Origin: Thalia democratica
Lineage: Eukaryota
Assembly: GCA_965202585.1 (NCBI GenBank)
Contig: OZ241826.1
Span: forward strand, 91,636,001 to 91,700,000
Length of the DNA: 64,000 bases
Direction: 5' to 3'
Every line of letters starts with the position of its first letter. The stretch's first letter is position 1. Under the pieces are notes generated by a model. The model searched no databases and was not told the origin of the DNA. It worked only from the letters and a program-made list of their open reading frames with translations. The position numbers were made by a program, and so were the translations under genes. Shown here in pieces: positions 12,901 through 25,144 of the stretch.

Positions 12901-15900
12901 CAGGCAGGCATAGTCGCGTGAATATACTGTTGTGATCTTACCAAGCGGGATTAAGTACAAAGCGACCCTTTGTGGGTAAAGTTGAAACCATTTAGAAAAA
13001 ATTAATTAACACAAATTCCAGCTACTTGTGTTGCGGGCGAAGGAGGAAGTATTGCGCCAGTACAGCCGGGTAAACGAGGCCAACCGCTTGAAGATGGAAA
13101 TCGATCGGATGAACGAGGACTTGTCGGATGACGACGAAGACGACAGCGTGATGTCATCTCAAAACAGTGACGTCACAATGCAGCTAATGGACGAGAGGAG
13201 CTTCAACATCGAGCTCGGAAAAATTAATACAAGTTTGTAAGAGTGATGATAAAAAATTACCTTTGTTTTTTAATTCACTATAGGTGTATTGATATTTTTT
13301 GTTATTTATAGCTATATCGTTTTTTTCTAAAACAAAGTTTATAATTTCTTCTGTCATTATAAAACTCATAAATTAGAATTTGATTTAGTTCAAAGTTTTT
13401 AAAAGTTAAAATTTTTTTGATTATTTTAATTTGAACTTTAACTATCTTAAAATATTGATTGCAATATTTATTTAATTTAAGTTATTGTTCAAGTTTTTTC
13501 TACCAAGTTTGTTTTAATGCTAAACTTTATCAATATGTTGTTAGAAATAAACTAAATAATGAGTTTAAATACAATAATTGTAAAAACAGTTAGATTGTAA
13601 TAACAAACGTAAACCACAAGAAATTTTTAAGTTTTTTGTATGATGCATGAGGTGATAAAATAAATCTATATGTTATTTTTATGTTTATAATAGATGTAAT
13701 ACGTAAACAAATTGAAATATTCAATGCCAAATTTATAAGTAATTAATTTTATTACTAATAGTGTACATATTAGACTTAAGAATGGTTAATAAATTAAAGC
13801 CTTTCAAATTATAAACTGGTTGTTGAAACTAATTAAAAAATAAAACATTGTCATTGAGGGGATTTAATACTATATTAGCATATACTAAGGTAACTTTTTT
13901 GAATGAGAAAATTAGTATTTGGTTGCGTTTTGCATAAGATAAAATACTTACATGTTTCAAATTTTAAGTGAAAGAATATATGTTCACTACTTAGTTTTCT
14001 GCAAACGACAACACATTTTTTCACTTTTTTTTTTGAAACATTAGTATAGTTTACTGTTTTGAAACATTTTAAATATTAAAATTTTTAAGTTTTATTTATT
14101 AATCCTTCAACAGGAGGTATTATATCATTTGATGGTTCAACCCGTCAGAAAAGAGTAAATGAGAAGAAAAATGATAAAGGAGAAACTCCGTTGCACCAAG
14201 CTTGTTTGAGTAACAATGTCGAAAAAGTGAAGAACTTGATCAAAAATGTGAGTTTTTTTATAAACTTAAGTTTTTTTGATTGTTTTTTGTAGTAGTTTAC
14301 ATAGTTTTACTGAGAGGTTGATTTTATACTAAAGTTAATTTTGTACTTTAACATAGCACAAGTAAAATAAATACTCAATACATATGTTTCAAAATAGTTG
14401 AGATAAAAGTAAAAAGCTAGTATTGTTATAATTACTTCTAAACTAAATTAACATATAGATGGTATAAGTTTGTAAATTAATAAAATTTAAGATTACTTCA
14501 AGCCTCTTTATACTAAATCTTAATTAAACTGTAAGTTTCATATTCATGATGTAAGTTTATCAAAGATTGTATCTGTTTATCCTTTAACTTTATATGTAAA
14601 TTAAAACTACTCTGTTAGAATTGATAATGTATAATAAATGATTTTTAGGGCCACAATGTTAACACAAAAGATAATTTCGGTTGGACACCTTTGCATGAGG
14701 TCTGCAATCATGGATATTTAGGTAAAATTTTATTATTTTTACTGCTTGACTACTCTAATCTGATATAAGTTATTAAATTAAAATTGTTAAAACGTTTTTA
14801 AATCGCTTATAATTTTAAATTACTGTTTGTAGGAGTAAAAATTATAATAACTTTTATGATCACATAAATTGTCTATCTTTTACCTGAAAAAAAACTAATG
14901 TCTGTTTTAAATCTACCTAAGACACAATTAATTTCGTTTATTTTCTCACATACGCCACACAGTTGTTATGTTACTTATGCAAGTTTTTCACTAAATTTAG
15001 CTATGGCAACATGGAATGTCTCAGTGTGATTTTCGAAAAGCTAAACCAAAAAGGTTTCCCAAAGTGGGCCAAGAAGCTCCTTTAGGGGCCATGAGGAGCA
15101 AGGGGGCCAAAGGGGAGTTCATAATTTGAAACTCACATTAAATATTCTGGACTTGATGATGAAAAAAAGGTCTTAGGTGTTTTTAATGGTAGTTTTTTGA
15201 ATAATCTTGTTGAAGGGGGCTAAGATTTTTTAATTTCTATTTAGGGGGCCTTTTGAAAAAAGTTTAGGAAACCCTGAGCTAAACCCTTAACCAGCACAAG
15301 TTTTTTAAATGTTTCCAATTTTTGTGACGTCACGTAAAAACTATTAAAACTTTTGTTATTATCAGAGCTGGTCAACTTATTGGTGGAGAACGGAGCAAAC
15401 TTGGACGCTGCAGCAGGAAAGGAGAAGATAACCGCGTTGAGCGACGCGGCCGAAAATGGCCATTTCGATATTTGCAGTATTTTGTTCGAGGCCGGAGCTG
15501 ACCCTTTTATTAAGGATATTGCTGTTAGTTTTTTCTTTGAGAGTTTTAGTCCTACAGCTTAAAAAGTTAATTAAAATAAAAAATTTGAATTTTTTTCTGC
15601 TTCTAAATTGTAAATTATTGTAAATTAAGAACTTTAGTTAAATACTCTATTTAAACTTTTGAGATTATTGCATGACTTGGATTTGTTACATCATTTTTCA
15701 ACCTTTTTTACAAATTTATATACAAAAACTTTAAATAATATCCTAATTTATTTATAAAAATCAAACAAATGTTCCAGGGAAGAACAACGTTGGACGTGAT
15801 GGACAATTACGCCAACAAGAACGACCTTTCGAAAGAAGAAAGGGCGACTTACGAGTCGTTGCGTGGCAACATGCTGACGTCATCAGACATTTCCGTCACC

Positions 15901-18900
15901 CAGGTCGTCACCTACGCCGAGAAGTCGACCGCGAGCAACTGTGACGTCAGAATGGACGCGTTTCACACGGGAAGCGACGACGAGAACGATGGCATGGCAA
16001 CCATCGTCGACGACGACGTGCCCATCGTCAGGACAACCGGATTCGCGGGTTCACGGGAAATTCCTGCCCCTTCCGCCCAACCGACCAGGAAGCGGTCACT
16101 GGACACCACAAGGTGTCGCTACACTACAGTAGAGGGAGATTCTCAGTTCATACCGGACGTGGGCGATTATGACGTCAACGACGGCTGGATTATCGACGAC
16201 ACCACGCCTCCTTCCAGTCCAATTAAAAGTTTTTTTTTTACTTTAGTTATTTTGATTTTCATTTCATATTGTTAGAAGTTCTGAAAGAGACTTAGTTTTT
16301 TGTTTTGCTTTCCCAGACAAGTATTAAATTATGTAATAAAAATTTAATTAAGTGTTATTATTTAAGAGAAATACTTTAAATAAGAATTTTAATTTAAAAA
16401 AAAAAAAAAAAAAATTATAGAGCCAAGTGAAAGCAGAATTCCGGAAACGCAGTGCTTCGCCAAATCCCGAGCGGAAATATTTTCGGAAAAGTTCAAAAAG
16501 TCCGTTAAGTACACACCCGCCAAGAAGAAAGTGAAGCCGCCCATTTTCCGATCGTTCCCGCTGCTGAACAAACCTAAAGTGCTGGTGAAAGACAGGAACT
16601 TCACTCAAGAGGACCGGAGATTCAATGAAAAAGATGATTTTCAGTTGCGAAGATGTTCAGAGTCGCGGAAGAGGAAAAGCGATGGGAACCTCGCTGCGAA
16701 TTCTTCATTTCAAAGTTCCATTTTAGTCGAAGAATCGAGGAAGAGAAGCAGTGAGGGGAATTTGTGTTCTTCCTTTCAAAGCTCGAACGGCGTCGTTGTG
16801 ACGTCACAGAGCAGCAAGATGAGGGTGAAGCTGAAGGTGGGAGAAACGGTTCACATGGTCGGAGTTTCCGATTCCGAGTGAGTTTAAGTTTTAGGGTCAA
16901 CTATACCTCGCTTTTTCGGATTAAGTTCTATTAATTTTTGGTTTACTTGACAATAATTGTACAAAAAGATATTTAGCAAAACTTTTTACTATGATAAGCA
17001 TTAAGAATATATCTTAATACTTTTGTGTAAACATAGTTTAAAAAAAAATGGCAGTTTTTTGTTTTCCAAATATTTAGTTTTTGGTTTAAAACAAACTGTT
17101 AAAGTACTTGTTATAAACTAAACGTCTAATTATAATCCGTTGAAGCAAAATTGACTCTCAGAATCCAAAAGTTATCTTATATGAGCATATGTGCCCTTTG
17201 AAATACATTTTACAAAAATTAATGTTGAAACATGTACTTAATATACTTGTGTATTTTAATTAATAAATAAATAAATAAAAAGATTTATTTAGATTAAATC
17301 TGAAGCAAAGAGATCTTTATTTTTTTTTTCTTGCGTAAATCTTGGTTTTACTTACATATATCAAGAATAATAACTTTATAAAATTAATAATACTAACCTT
17401 TTTAAAAATGTTTCACAATAAGACACTTTCTTATAGAAACTTGTGCTTCCATTTTTATTTAGGGTGTGTTTAAAATATTAAGGTTTAACCTTTGTTATTT
17501 TAAACCCATCTTTTTTTATATTCATTTTAATGTAATAAAAAAAAGCTTGTTAGTTATAAGATCTAAAGCTCTTCAATTGCGTTTCTAGTTTAAATTTTGT
17601 AAAACTTGAAAAAACTCAAACAGCAAAAAGAAAGTGTCGTTTCTCCTTGAGCGCGGGGTGAAAATTTTCCAGGAAGTCAACTCGAAAGGCGCCGCGTTGG
17701 ACGAAATAAAACTGAAGCTCTTCACTTCCGACGGGTGCCTGCTCCATTGCGACGACGTCATATCCGACGTGCTCAACAACGATGACGTCATAAACGCGGT
17801 GCTGCAGTCGAGCGTGACGAAGAGCGTCGTCAGCAGTTACGTGGCCAAGTGCCAGCAACTAGCTTGTGGTTGGTTGAAAAATCATCATTTCCTTCTTTCG
17901 TTCCTAGAATAATTTCTTTGTTTATAAATATACGTATAACAATAAATAATAGTAATCTATTATGTTTGAAAGATTTATACAAATATTTTTACAGCTCTAA
18001 GTCATTGTTTAGTTATTATTATATGTAAATACTATTTTCCATAACACATGTTTTCCTAGAAATAAAATTACATTTTTTTATCTAAAAAATACTTTCTTCC
18101 AAAGAGTATCTATAGAAAAATTTATGCGTAATATCATACTTTTACTTAAATAGACTAGTAATCTTACGTTAAAATAGATAACAAACATTTTTTTTTCAAT
18201 ATTAAACATAATTATGTTTTATAGTTTATAAGATGACAGATTGTCTAGGTGTCTAGCTTTTCATAGATGGGATGATTCGTAGTTAAACCTATATTAAAAT
18301 AAGTATTGCTAGTAATATATAAATAACAATACTTATTTATAGAACCGAGTGTCCATATTCAAAGTGTGTGTAAAATTTGCGATGAAACTAACAAGTTGGA
18401 CCTGCAGAGGAAATGTTACAGATACGAAACTGACTTGAAACCTTTGGTAATTTATTTCAATGTTTGATCTTCATAATGCTATACAATTTAAAAGCTTTAC
18501 AAGTAATTTGCATGATAAATTTATCTTTTAAAGTTATTTTTGATATATGCATCGTTTTATACACAGCTTTGCGAATGTATTCTTTCTAGTTTCGTAATAG
18601 TTTGAAGAACCCACTTTCAAATGGAAAACAACTTATCATAATCTTTTTTTTATCTAAAAGACCGTTTAATGACTACTTTTAAATACAAATTGAATCAAGT
18701 TATAAATAAAATATTATTTTTCATTCAAACTTGAAGTGATAAGCTGAGTGTTTCTTTAAATTATTTTAAAAACATTCATTTACAAAACTCTTATCTACGC
18801 AGTGCTATAACAAACTAAAGAATGATAAATATCATATCACAATAAAAGCCAAGTTACAATGCTCAATAATTGCTTTCTCTTACTCTACTTGAGTCATAAA

Positions 18901-21900
18901 GTTGCTTCAAAAACGCTAAAAATATCATTTACCGCTTTTTTATAACAATTCAATATGTTCAAGCTTGAAGTGATAAGCGGGCATCTGATACTAAGATATC
19001 TGATTGTTTTGTTTTTTTAAATTATTTTAAAAACATGCATTTACAAAACTGTTATCTACGTAACTCAGTGCTATAAATTAAAGCATGAAAAATATCATGT
19101 TTCAATAAAATAGTTACAATGCTCAATTATTGCTTTCTTTTACTATACTAGAATCATAAAATTGCTTCGAAAATTTGTAAAAATAAAATTTACCGCCTTT
19201 TTATAACTGTTCAATAAATTCAAGCTGGAAGTGATAAGCGGTCACCCGAGCGTGGAGGAGTTGAACCTATCATCGTGCAGGATGGGTTTGGCGGGAATGA
19301 AGATGTTATGCTCGAGCGAGCAATCTCACATTGTAAGGTTGAACCTCAGCTGCTGCAACATTGATCACGTGTGCGTGGGCGTGCTCGCCAACTCAAATAT
19401 TTCACAGGTTTAACAATTGTTTTAACAAGCGTTTAAGTATGTACTAAGAATAGTAGCGTGTAATTTTCATTTATCTGAACTCTGCTGTTTCACAGGTCGT
19501 TTTAACAACTTTTATGTGCTAACAAGCGTTTATGTTGTTTTAAATTCAAATCAAAATACTTTAAATTAATTAAAAGGGGTTAAAAACTTCATTAATTTCA
19601 CAGGTTGTTACTTGTTTTCGCAACTTTCTATATTAACAAGTGTTTAATAAAATTTAAATTTACTGTCATTATTTATTTCACAGTTATTTGTTTTAAAAGC
19701 TTTTATGTACTAACAAGCGTTTAAGGGAGTTTTAAAAATTATTATCACAAAAGTTGGTTTTATTCATGAGAGGTTGAAAAAAAATCTTGAATGAAGTAAA
19801 AACCGAACCGTGTCATATTTATTTAGAAATGATAATAGCTTAAAATTTTAACGAGATGTTTTACCTGTTTTAAACATCCGTCTATTTAAAAAATAGCATT
19901 TTTTAGTATGAATTTACACAGACTGTTGAAGAAATAGACTTATCACATAATGACATTGCTTCTTCTGATGGAGGCTACAACTTGAATAAATTCCTGAAAA
20001 ATGCAACAAATCTAAGAATATTGAAACTGGATGACTGTGACATCGATTTTGAAGAATTTTTCACCAACGAACCGTCCATTAAAAGTAAGCACAAATTTAT
20101 TTAATTAGATAAAACAGTCTTTAAACTTACGCAAGTGTGAAAGTTTAAATATAAGTTAGTTGAAATTTATTTTATTTTAGAAATTTAGTTTACATGAAAT
20201 AATAAGTTTATGAAATTCAAAATTAGGAATAGTAATACCAATCTTAAAAATAAACTTTTATTCTAACACCTATATAGTATTACAAAATCTTTCAAGCAAA
20301 AAGTACTTGAGAACAATTTATCAATTTAGTACGTAAGTTTTAGCGACCCACTATTTTATTATAGTTTTTACTAAAAAAATCAACTTCAAACAACTATTCA
20401 GTGCAAAATTGTAATTTATTGAAATTCAAACATGTTAAATAGATCTGCGATTGGAAGAGCTGAGCATATCCGATAACTGTGTGGATGAAAAGAGTCTAAT
20501 AAAGTTGTTTGAAATTTTAGAAAACAACAAAAATTTGAAACACCTGAACATGAGTTCGACACTGACTACTAACAAGCCAGAAAATTTAAGGTAGTTTCAC
20601 TTGTCTTATTTTTTTATACTGTTTGTAAACAAATAATTGGTTTTATTTCTTCAAAGTTTGTAAATACAACTAAATATACATGTAAACAGTTTTAATAATT
20701 TCTATGTTACACCAAATAAAAATTAAATATGAAAAAATATTATTTACTTAGTCAGTATTTTTTACATAATCAATGATTTTAAAACTTTAAAAATACAGTA
20801 TGGTTGTTACATTTAATTATTGTATGTAAAGTCTGGTTCATTGTACCAATGTTTCTCAAAGTAAGTTTAAAAAACTGCTTAACAGTATAGTATTTAATAA
20901 AAAAAGTTTTATAACCACTTATATGTGCAACATTAATCTAAGGTTTAATAAAAAATAAGTTTTAATAATTTCTTTGTTACACCGAAAAAAAAAAACTAAG
21001 TACGAAAAAATATTATTTACTAAGTCAGTATTTTTGACACAATCAATTATTTTTAGACTAGAAAAGTACAGTATGGTTGTTATATCAAATTAATTTTTGT
21101 AAAATTGAAGTAAAGTTTAACTTATTGTAACTACCAGTTTTCTCAAAGTTAGTTTTACATAACTGCTTAATAGTAAAGGTTTTAATCTCAAAAAGTTATG
21201 TCATTCTAAGTGTGTAACTTCAATCTAAGTTAAGTATTAAATATTTTGATTTTGTTTTATTTTCAGGACGATAAAAAACTTTTTTTCAAATCCAACAAGA
21301 AAATTTAGCTATCTAAACCTCCAGTACAATCAAATTAATGAAGCCTTCATAACTTCTTTAAGGTTTGTTTACATAAATTTTCTTAAGTTATGTTTTTTCT
21401 AATGTAATCTAGCAAAACTTTGTGTGGATTTTATAAATAAAAATGATTTTCAGTTTAATATTTTTATAGTCTAAAGTTTTAATTTGAATAGTCGAAAACT
21501 AAAAAATTTAAGTTAAATTTTTCTTATTGATATTAAAAACAGTACAAACATAATTAGTAAAGTATTAGCTTATTTTTTTTTCTATAGCACTTCTTTACCT
21601 ACAAAACTAATTATGATTTTGATAGCTTTTATATATCATATTACCTATTTAAATTCTTATTTGACAAACAAATGTTTGTAGTTTATGAATTACAAGTACA
21701 TAGCAAAAATTAATGAAAACTTCTAGTTTTTATTAAGTTGAAAATCTTTTTAGACTTATTTAATTTAAATTATTTTAAGATTTGTGTTTTAGCAATGATT
21801 TTATGACTGTAAGGTTGAAATCAACTGCTTATTTTATAGTTGATACTAAAATATTTAAGTTTTTCAATATTTTTATTGTGATACTTAAATATTTATATGC

Positions 21901-21950
21901 TTTTCAGAGAAAATGAAGTCCTTCAAAAAATTTCAAAACTTGTCCTTTGA
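3939..21950 (+). CDS. TONSL: Tonsoku-like DNA repair protein (TPR - ankyrin - UBL - LRR), 23 coding exons, about 1254 aa
   Basis: Exons: 3939-3957, 4583-4678, 6682-6776, 7692-7876, 9069-9266, 9935-10109, 10500-10608, 11188-11324, 11573-11734, 12411-12533, 13022-13232, 14114-14247, 14649-14721, 15366-15523, 15778-16228, 16421-16877, 17624-17868, 18343-18446, 19225-19407, 19922-20084, 20443-20590, 21267-21362, 21908-21950. All introns are GT-AG with matching phases; total 3765 nt with no internal stop. Diagnostic motifs: YEQLGDLFSK (TPR), KNDKGETPLHQAC / KDNFGWTPLHEVCNHG / ITALSDAAENGH (ankyrin), GWIIDD, MRVKLKV...DGCLLHCDDVISDVL (UBL), LEVISGHPSVEELNLSSC (LRR). Exon 1 (MNKKIK, donor GTAAGT) is the least certain. 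An in-frame alternative acceptor exists at 19907. Confidence 0.93.
6062..6494. mobile_element. TIR-bounded MITE in a TONSL intron, containing a nested fragment of the 61-591 family
   Basis: Inverted termini ATTGGATCAAGTAAAAA (6062) and TTTTTACTTGATCCAAT (to 6494). Internal 6190-6397 carries AGGGTTAGG / CAAGGGTGAGGGGTTA and GTGTCCCTTCGTGCCTATTTGACACCTACC. No clear TSD. Confidence 0.55.
12863..12915 (-). ncRNA. Type I hammerhead ribozyme (minimal Penelope-type), antisense within a TONSL intron
   Basis: Minus strand GACTATGCCTGC-CTGATGA-GTCCT AATT AGGAC-GAAA-CCGGTC-GTAGATTGTC. Intact CUGAUGA and GAAA cores, 5-bp stem II, palindromic stem III ACCGGT, GUC cleavage triplet, and a stem I of 4 bp plus an extension. 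Confidence 0.8.
15047..15276. mobile_element. hAT-type MITE in a TONSL intron
   Basis: 8-bp TSD AGCTAAAC at 15039-15046 and 15277-15284. Ends CAAAAAGGTTTCCCAAA ... TTTAGGAAACCCTG. The same family end occurs at 63045. Confidence 0.75.
18720..19240 (+). repeat. Tandem triplication (about 235-260 bp unit) spanning the 3' splice site of TONSL exon 19225
   Basis: CAA(A/G)CT(T/G)GAAGTGATAAGC at 18726, 18960 and 19221. Shared intronic blocks (TTATTTTAAAAACAT.CATTTACAAAACT..TATCTACG; GTTACAATGCTCAAT.ATTGCTTTCT) lie between the copies. Confidence 0.8.
19400..19725 (+). repeat. Four degenerate copies (about 90-105 bp) of the exon-end/5' splice site region of TONSL exon 19225-19407
   Basis: TTTCACAG(G)T at about 19400, 19488, 19596 and 19676, each followed by (A/T)AACAAG(C/T)GTTTA. 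Confidence 0.65.
20688..21233 (+). repeat. Intronic tandem duplication, about 270 bp x2
   Basis: GTTTTAATAATTTCT.TGTTACACC...AAAAAATATTATTTACT.AGTCAGTATTTTT...CAGTATGGTTGTTA...TTTCTCAAAGT.AGTTT occurs at about 20688 and about 20959. Confidence 0.75.
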
Positions 21951-22809
21951 AGACTTACAAACATAATTTATAATTTTTTTAATGTGTTGATATATTTTAC
22001 TAAGATACATATTTTTTTGTAAATTAAACTTTATTTATTAAATTGGGTATTTAATTTATTGTAAAATTTTTAAACTAAGTTACACTGTCTTTAATTGTTT
22101 TTTATTTAATGTTTAAAAAGGCGTTTTAATTTAATGTTACTGTAATGTTTTATAACTTATTTTAGTGGGCCATTAGACATTTTATTTTCGTTTTTCGTTA
22201 GTTTTTGTTTGTTAATAAGACTATTTTTTGATAAATAGTTTTTTTATATTATATTTATACAAGTATAACGTTAAAAAAAGTTTAAATTGTTATTTTTTAG
22301 ATGAATCGTAACGTATAACATAAATTTTATATAACTTTTTATCTTTATCCTATACATATTTACAGAGTTATCACTTGTAAAGTACTCTTAATCATTAGTT
22401 ATTTATCATGTAAGTTTAAACTAGTTTGTACATTTGTTTGAAAGTTTTATATCATCTTATCTTAAATTTGGGTTATCTATTATTAAGTTATTTTACTAAA
22501 GTATAGATCTTACGTTGATATTTTATTACTGAAGTCGAATTTAAGTTATTCTCAGCGTACTGAAACCTAAAACCGAAAACATAATTTAAAATAAGTTATC
22601 TTGTATGGCTCCACATCTAAGATGTATTTATACCCTACTTATATTGTACTTTAGTATATGTCTCAGCACATTCGAGTCTTATATTTTCTAACGAAATATT
22701 GAATAAAGTTAAGTTGTATATTCGATTTAGATTTTAAGTGGAAAATAGCTACTCTGTAATTAAGCTCTTAGTTTTTACTCTCTTATGTACAAGTCTTATT
22801 CAACTACTG

Positions 22810-23461
22810 TAGGGGTGGGCAACGTTTTTCAATCAACGGGCCGGATCCAGAAAAATTTAGTCTTTTGAGGGCCGTAGCATTTCGATTTAGTAATTTACCG
22901 GATCCAGCCGAAAAATAATTTTTTAGATCCGAATCCGACTGAAAACTAATTTTAAGTCGAGACACGGATTCTAATGTAAATAAAAGTTTCGGATCCGGCC
23001 GGAATCTATTTTTATAGATATAGTTGATCACTTTTTTAAATCCTTAATTCAAAAAAATTTTAAGTCTGACAATTTAAGATGTAGATTGAGACATGTCAGA
23101 TGTTTAAAAAATGTCTATAAATAGAGTTGACATTATAATTAACAAAAGTACGTATGTAAAATTAAAAAACACTTTGCTTGGGGTAATTTTACAAAAATAT
23201 ATTCCAACTAAGCTAGAACAACACAAAACACATTAGTTTATAAAGTATTTTTTAGCGTGTTTTTGAAGTCAAACTCTTACAGTTTTGTTTTGTGAAAATA
23301 TGATACAAAGTTTTATAAAAATTTAGTAACATTAACCCTTTGCGGGCTAGTCATTTTCATTTGGGGCCGGACCCTATTAAAGTTTAAAAAACGATCGGGG
23401 GCCGGTCATTTTCACTCTACGGGCCGGATCCGGCCCGCGGGCCGTACGTTGCCCACCCCTA
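22810..23461. mobile_element. hAT (Charlie-like) MITE, 652 bp
   Basis: Perfect TIR TAGGGGTGGGCAACG / CGTTGCCCACCCCTA. Perfect 8-bp TSD AACTACTG (22802-22809, 23462-23469). Typical subterminal GGGCCGGATCCGGCCCGCGGGCC. Confidence 0.9.
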
Positions 23462-23486
23462 AACTACTGAATCAGTAAGCATTAGA

Positions 23487-23620
23487 GCAGGGGTCGGCAA
23501 ACTGCGGCCCGCGAAGGATAAATCTGCGGCCCGCGAGCACGTTATTTTTTTGAATGGAATGCGGCCCGCAAAAGAAATTTTTGTGGCCCGCGAGGATGTA
23601 AATGTGGCCCGCTGAGCAAA
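23487..23620. mobile_element. hAT (Charlie-like) transposon end
   Basis: CAGGGGTCGGCAAACTGCGGCCCGCG followed by repeated (T)GCGGCCCGC / GTGGCCCGC subterminal motifs. The matching opposite end was not found. Confidence 0.7.
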
Positions 23621-25144
23621 AATGTATTTCAAATTATTTTTTTTCGGTAATTCGACTTAATTTGATTAGCTTGGTTTTAAATCTCTGAATAACATTTTTA
23701 AATATTTAGAAGAAATTACTGCTTTAGTTTAAAAATGTGAAAAATACAGATTTGCATTCTAACAGGATTTTTTTCTCAGTTTCATAATAACTTCTTATTT
23801 ACAACAGCAAGTAGTTATCTGAAAAATGAGTGTAAAGAGTGCTTGGGGTTAATAAGTTAGTTACAAAATACCTATTTATTAAACAAACTAAATGCAAATG
23901 TTTTCAAAGTTGTACAAAAGTAATGCACAGTAATTAACTGATGTGTCATTTCTTTATATCTTAGATATTCTTTTTCAATATTTTTTATACTTAAGTTTCT
24001 TTTGTAGATTTTTTATTTGTAAATGTTATATTTTAGTGTAAAAACATATAAAAAAAACATAGTAATAAGAAATAAGGTTTATAAGATTTTTGTTTCGACA
24101 CATTTTAATTTTTTTGCACTTTAAATTAATTTCTATGCACACCAACTTAAAAAGATGCTCATATTTTAAACCTTTTTTTATTTAATACTTTAATATTAGT
24201 TAGTTTAAGTCTAGTTTATACATAATTTTCTACATTGTTGTTTCTACATGTAATATCTAAATTTGTACAGACACATTTAAAACAATATATATGACATAAA
24301 TTAATATAGTTTTTTTTATGTATACATTTTCATTTTTCAAACATTGTTTTTGTCAAACTAAGTTAATTTTAATGCCTTGCATATCAATTCACACAATTGC
24401 TGTTTTTTGGAGCTATCTATTTAATATAAACTAGATTTAGGGATGGTAAATTCATTAAGTTTGTACATTTTTAATCAAAATAGTTCAAATTCAAGCAAAT
24501 AAACAATTTAACATTGCCACACACTCAGACTATCACTACTTGAAGACTACAAATCTCAGGCCAACTAAGTCATTTTTTAAGTTTTTGACTAGAATTTTTT
24601 TTTTGTATACAAAAGTATCAGGAATGTTTTTTTTTGACTCAGGCTGGCTTTTTTGCTTAAAAGAGTGGCAAATTAAACTTATGATGTATGTTTTTTTCAA
24701 TCCACAGTGTTAGTTTGAGTTGTAATATATGTTAAATTTTAAGTTTTGCAGCTAATATAATTCAACATATTGTTTATATTATTGTGTACATTTAAGTGTG
24801 AACAATCAGTGTTTCCAAAAAATTTGATCCCCGGAAAAGCTTTGAATTTGAAAATTTATGTTAAAAATTTTGGAAATAAAATTAAATTTGAGAATTTTTG
24901 AAAAACCTGGAACTTCAAACAACTTTTACATGTAAAGTAATAAAATTTCGATTTGACAAAAAAAATTACCAAATGAATTTTTTTTAATTAAAAAATATAT
25001 TAAAGTAACTTAACAGTATTGTTTAATATATATATATTTTTTAAGACATTTTTTTAAACTTTAGTTAAACTTTTTACTAAAAATAAAAGAAGGAATTGTA
25101 CTTCCAAAAACTTTGTATTGGTGCTTTTCACCTTTATTTGTAAA

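Noticed and set aside
18568-18594. Micro-exon LCECILSSF in TONSL
   Set aside because: Joining 18446 directly to 19225 aligns with the recalled TONSL LRR start without a gap.
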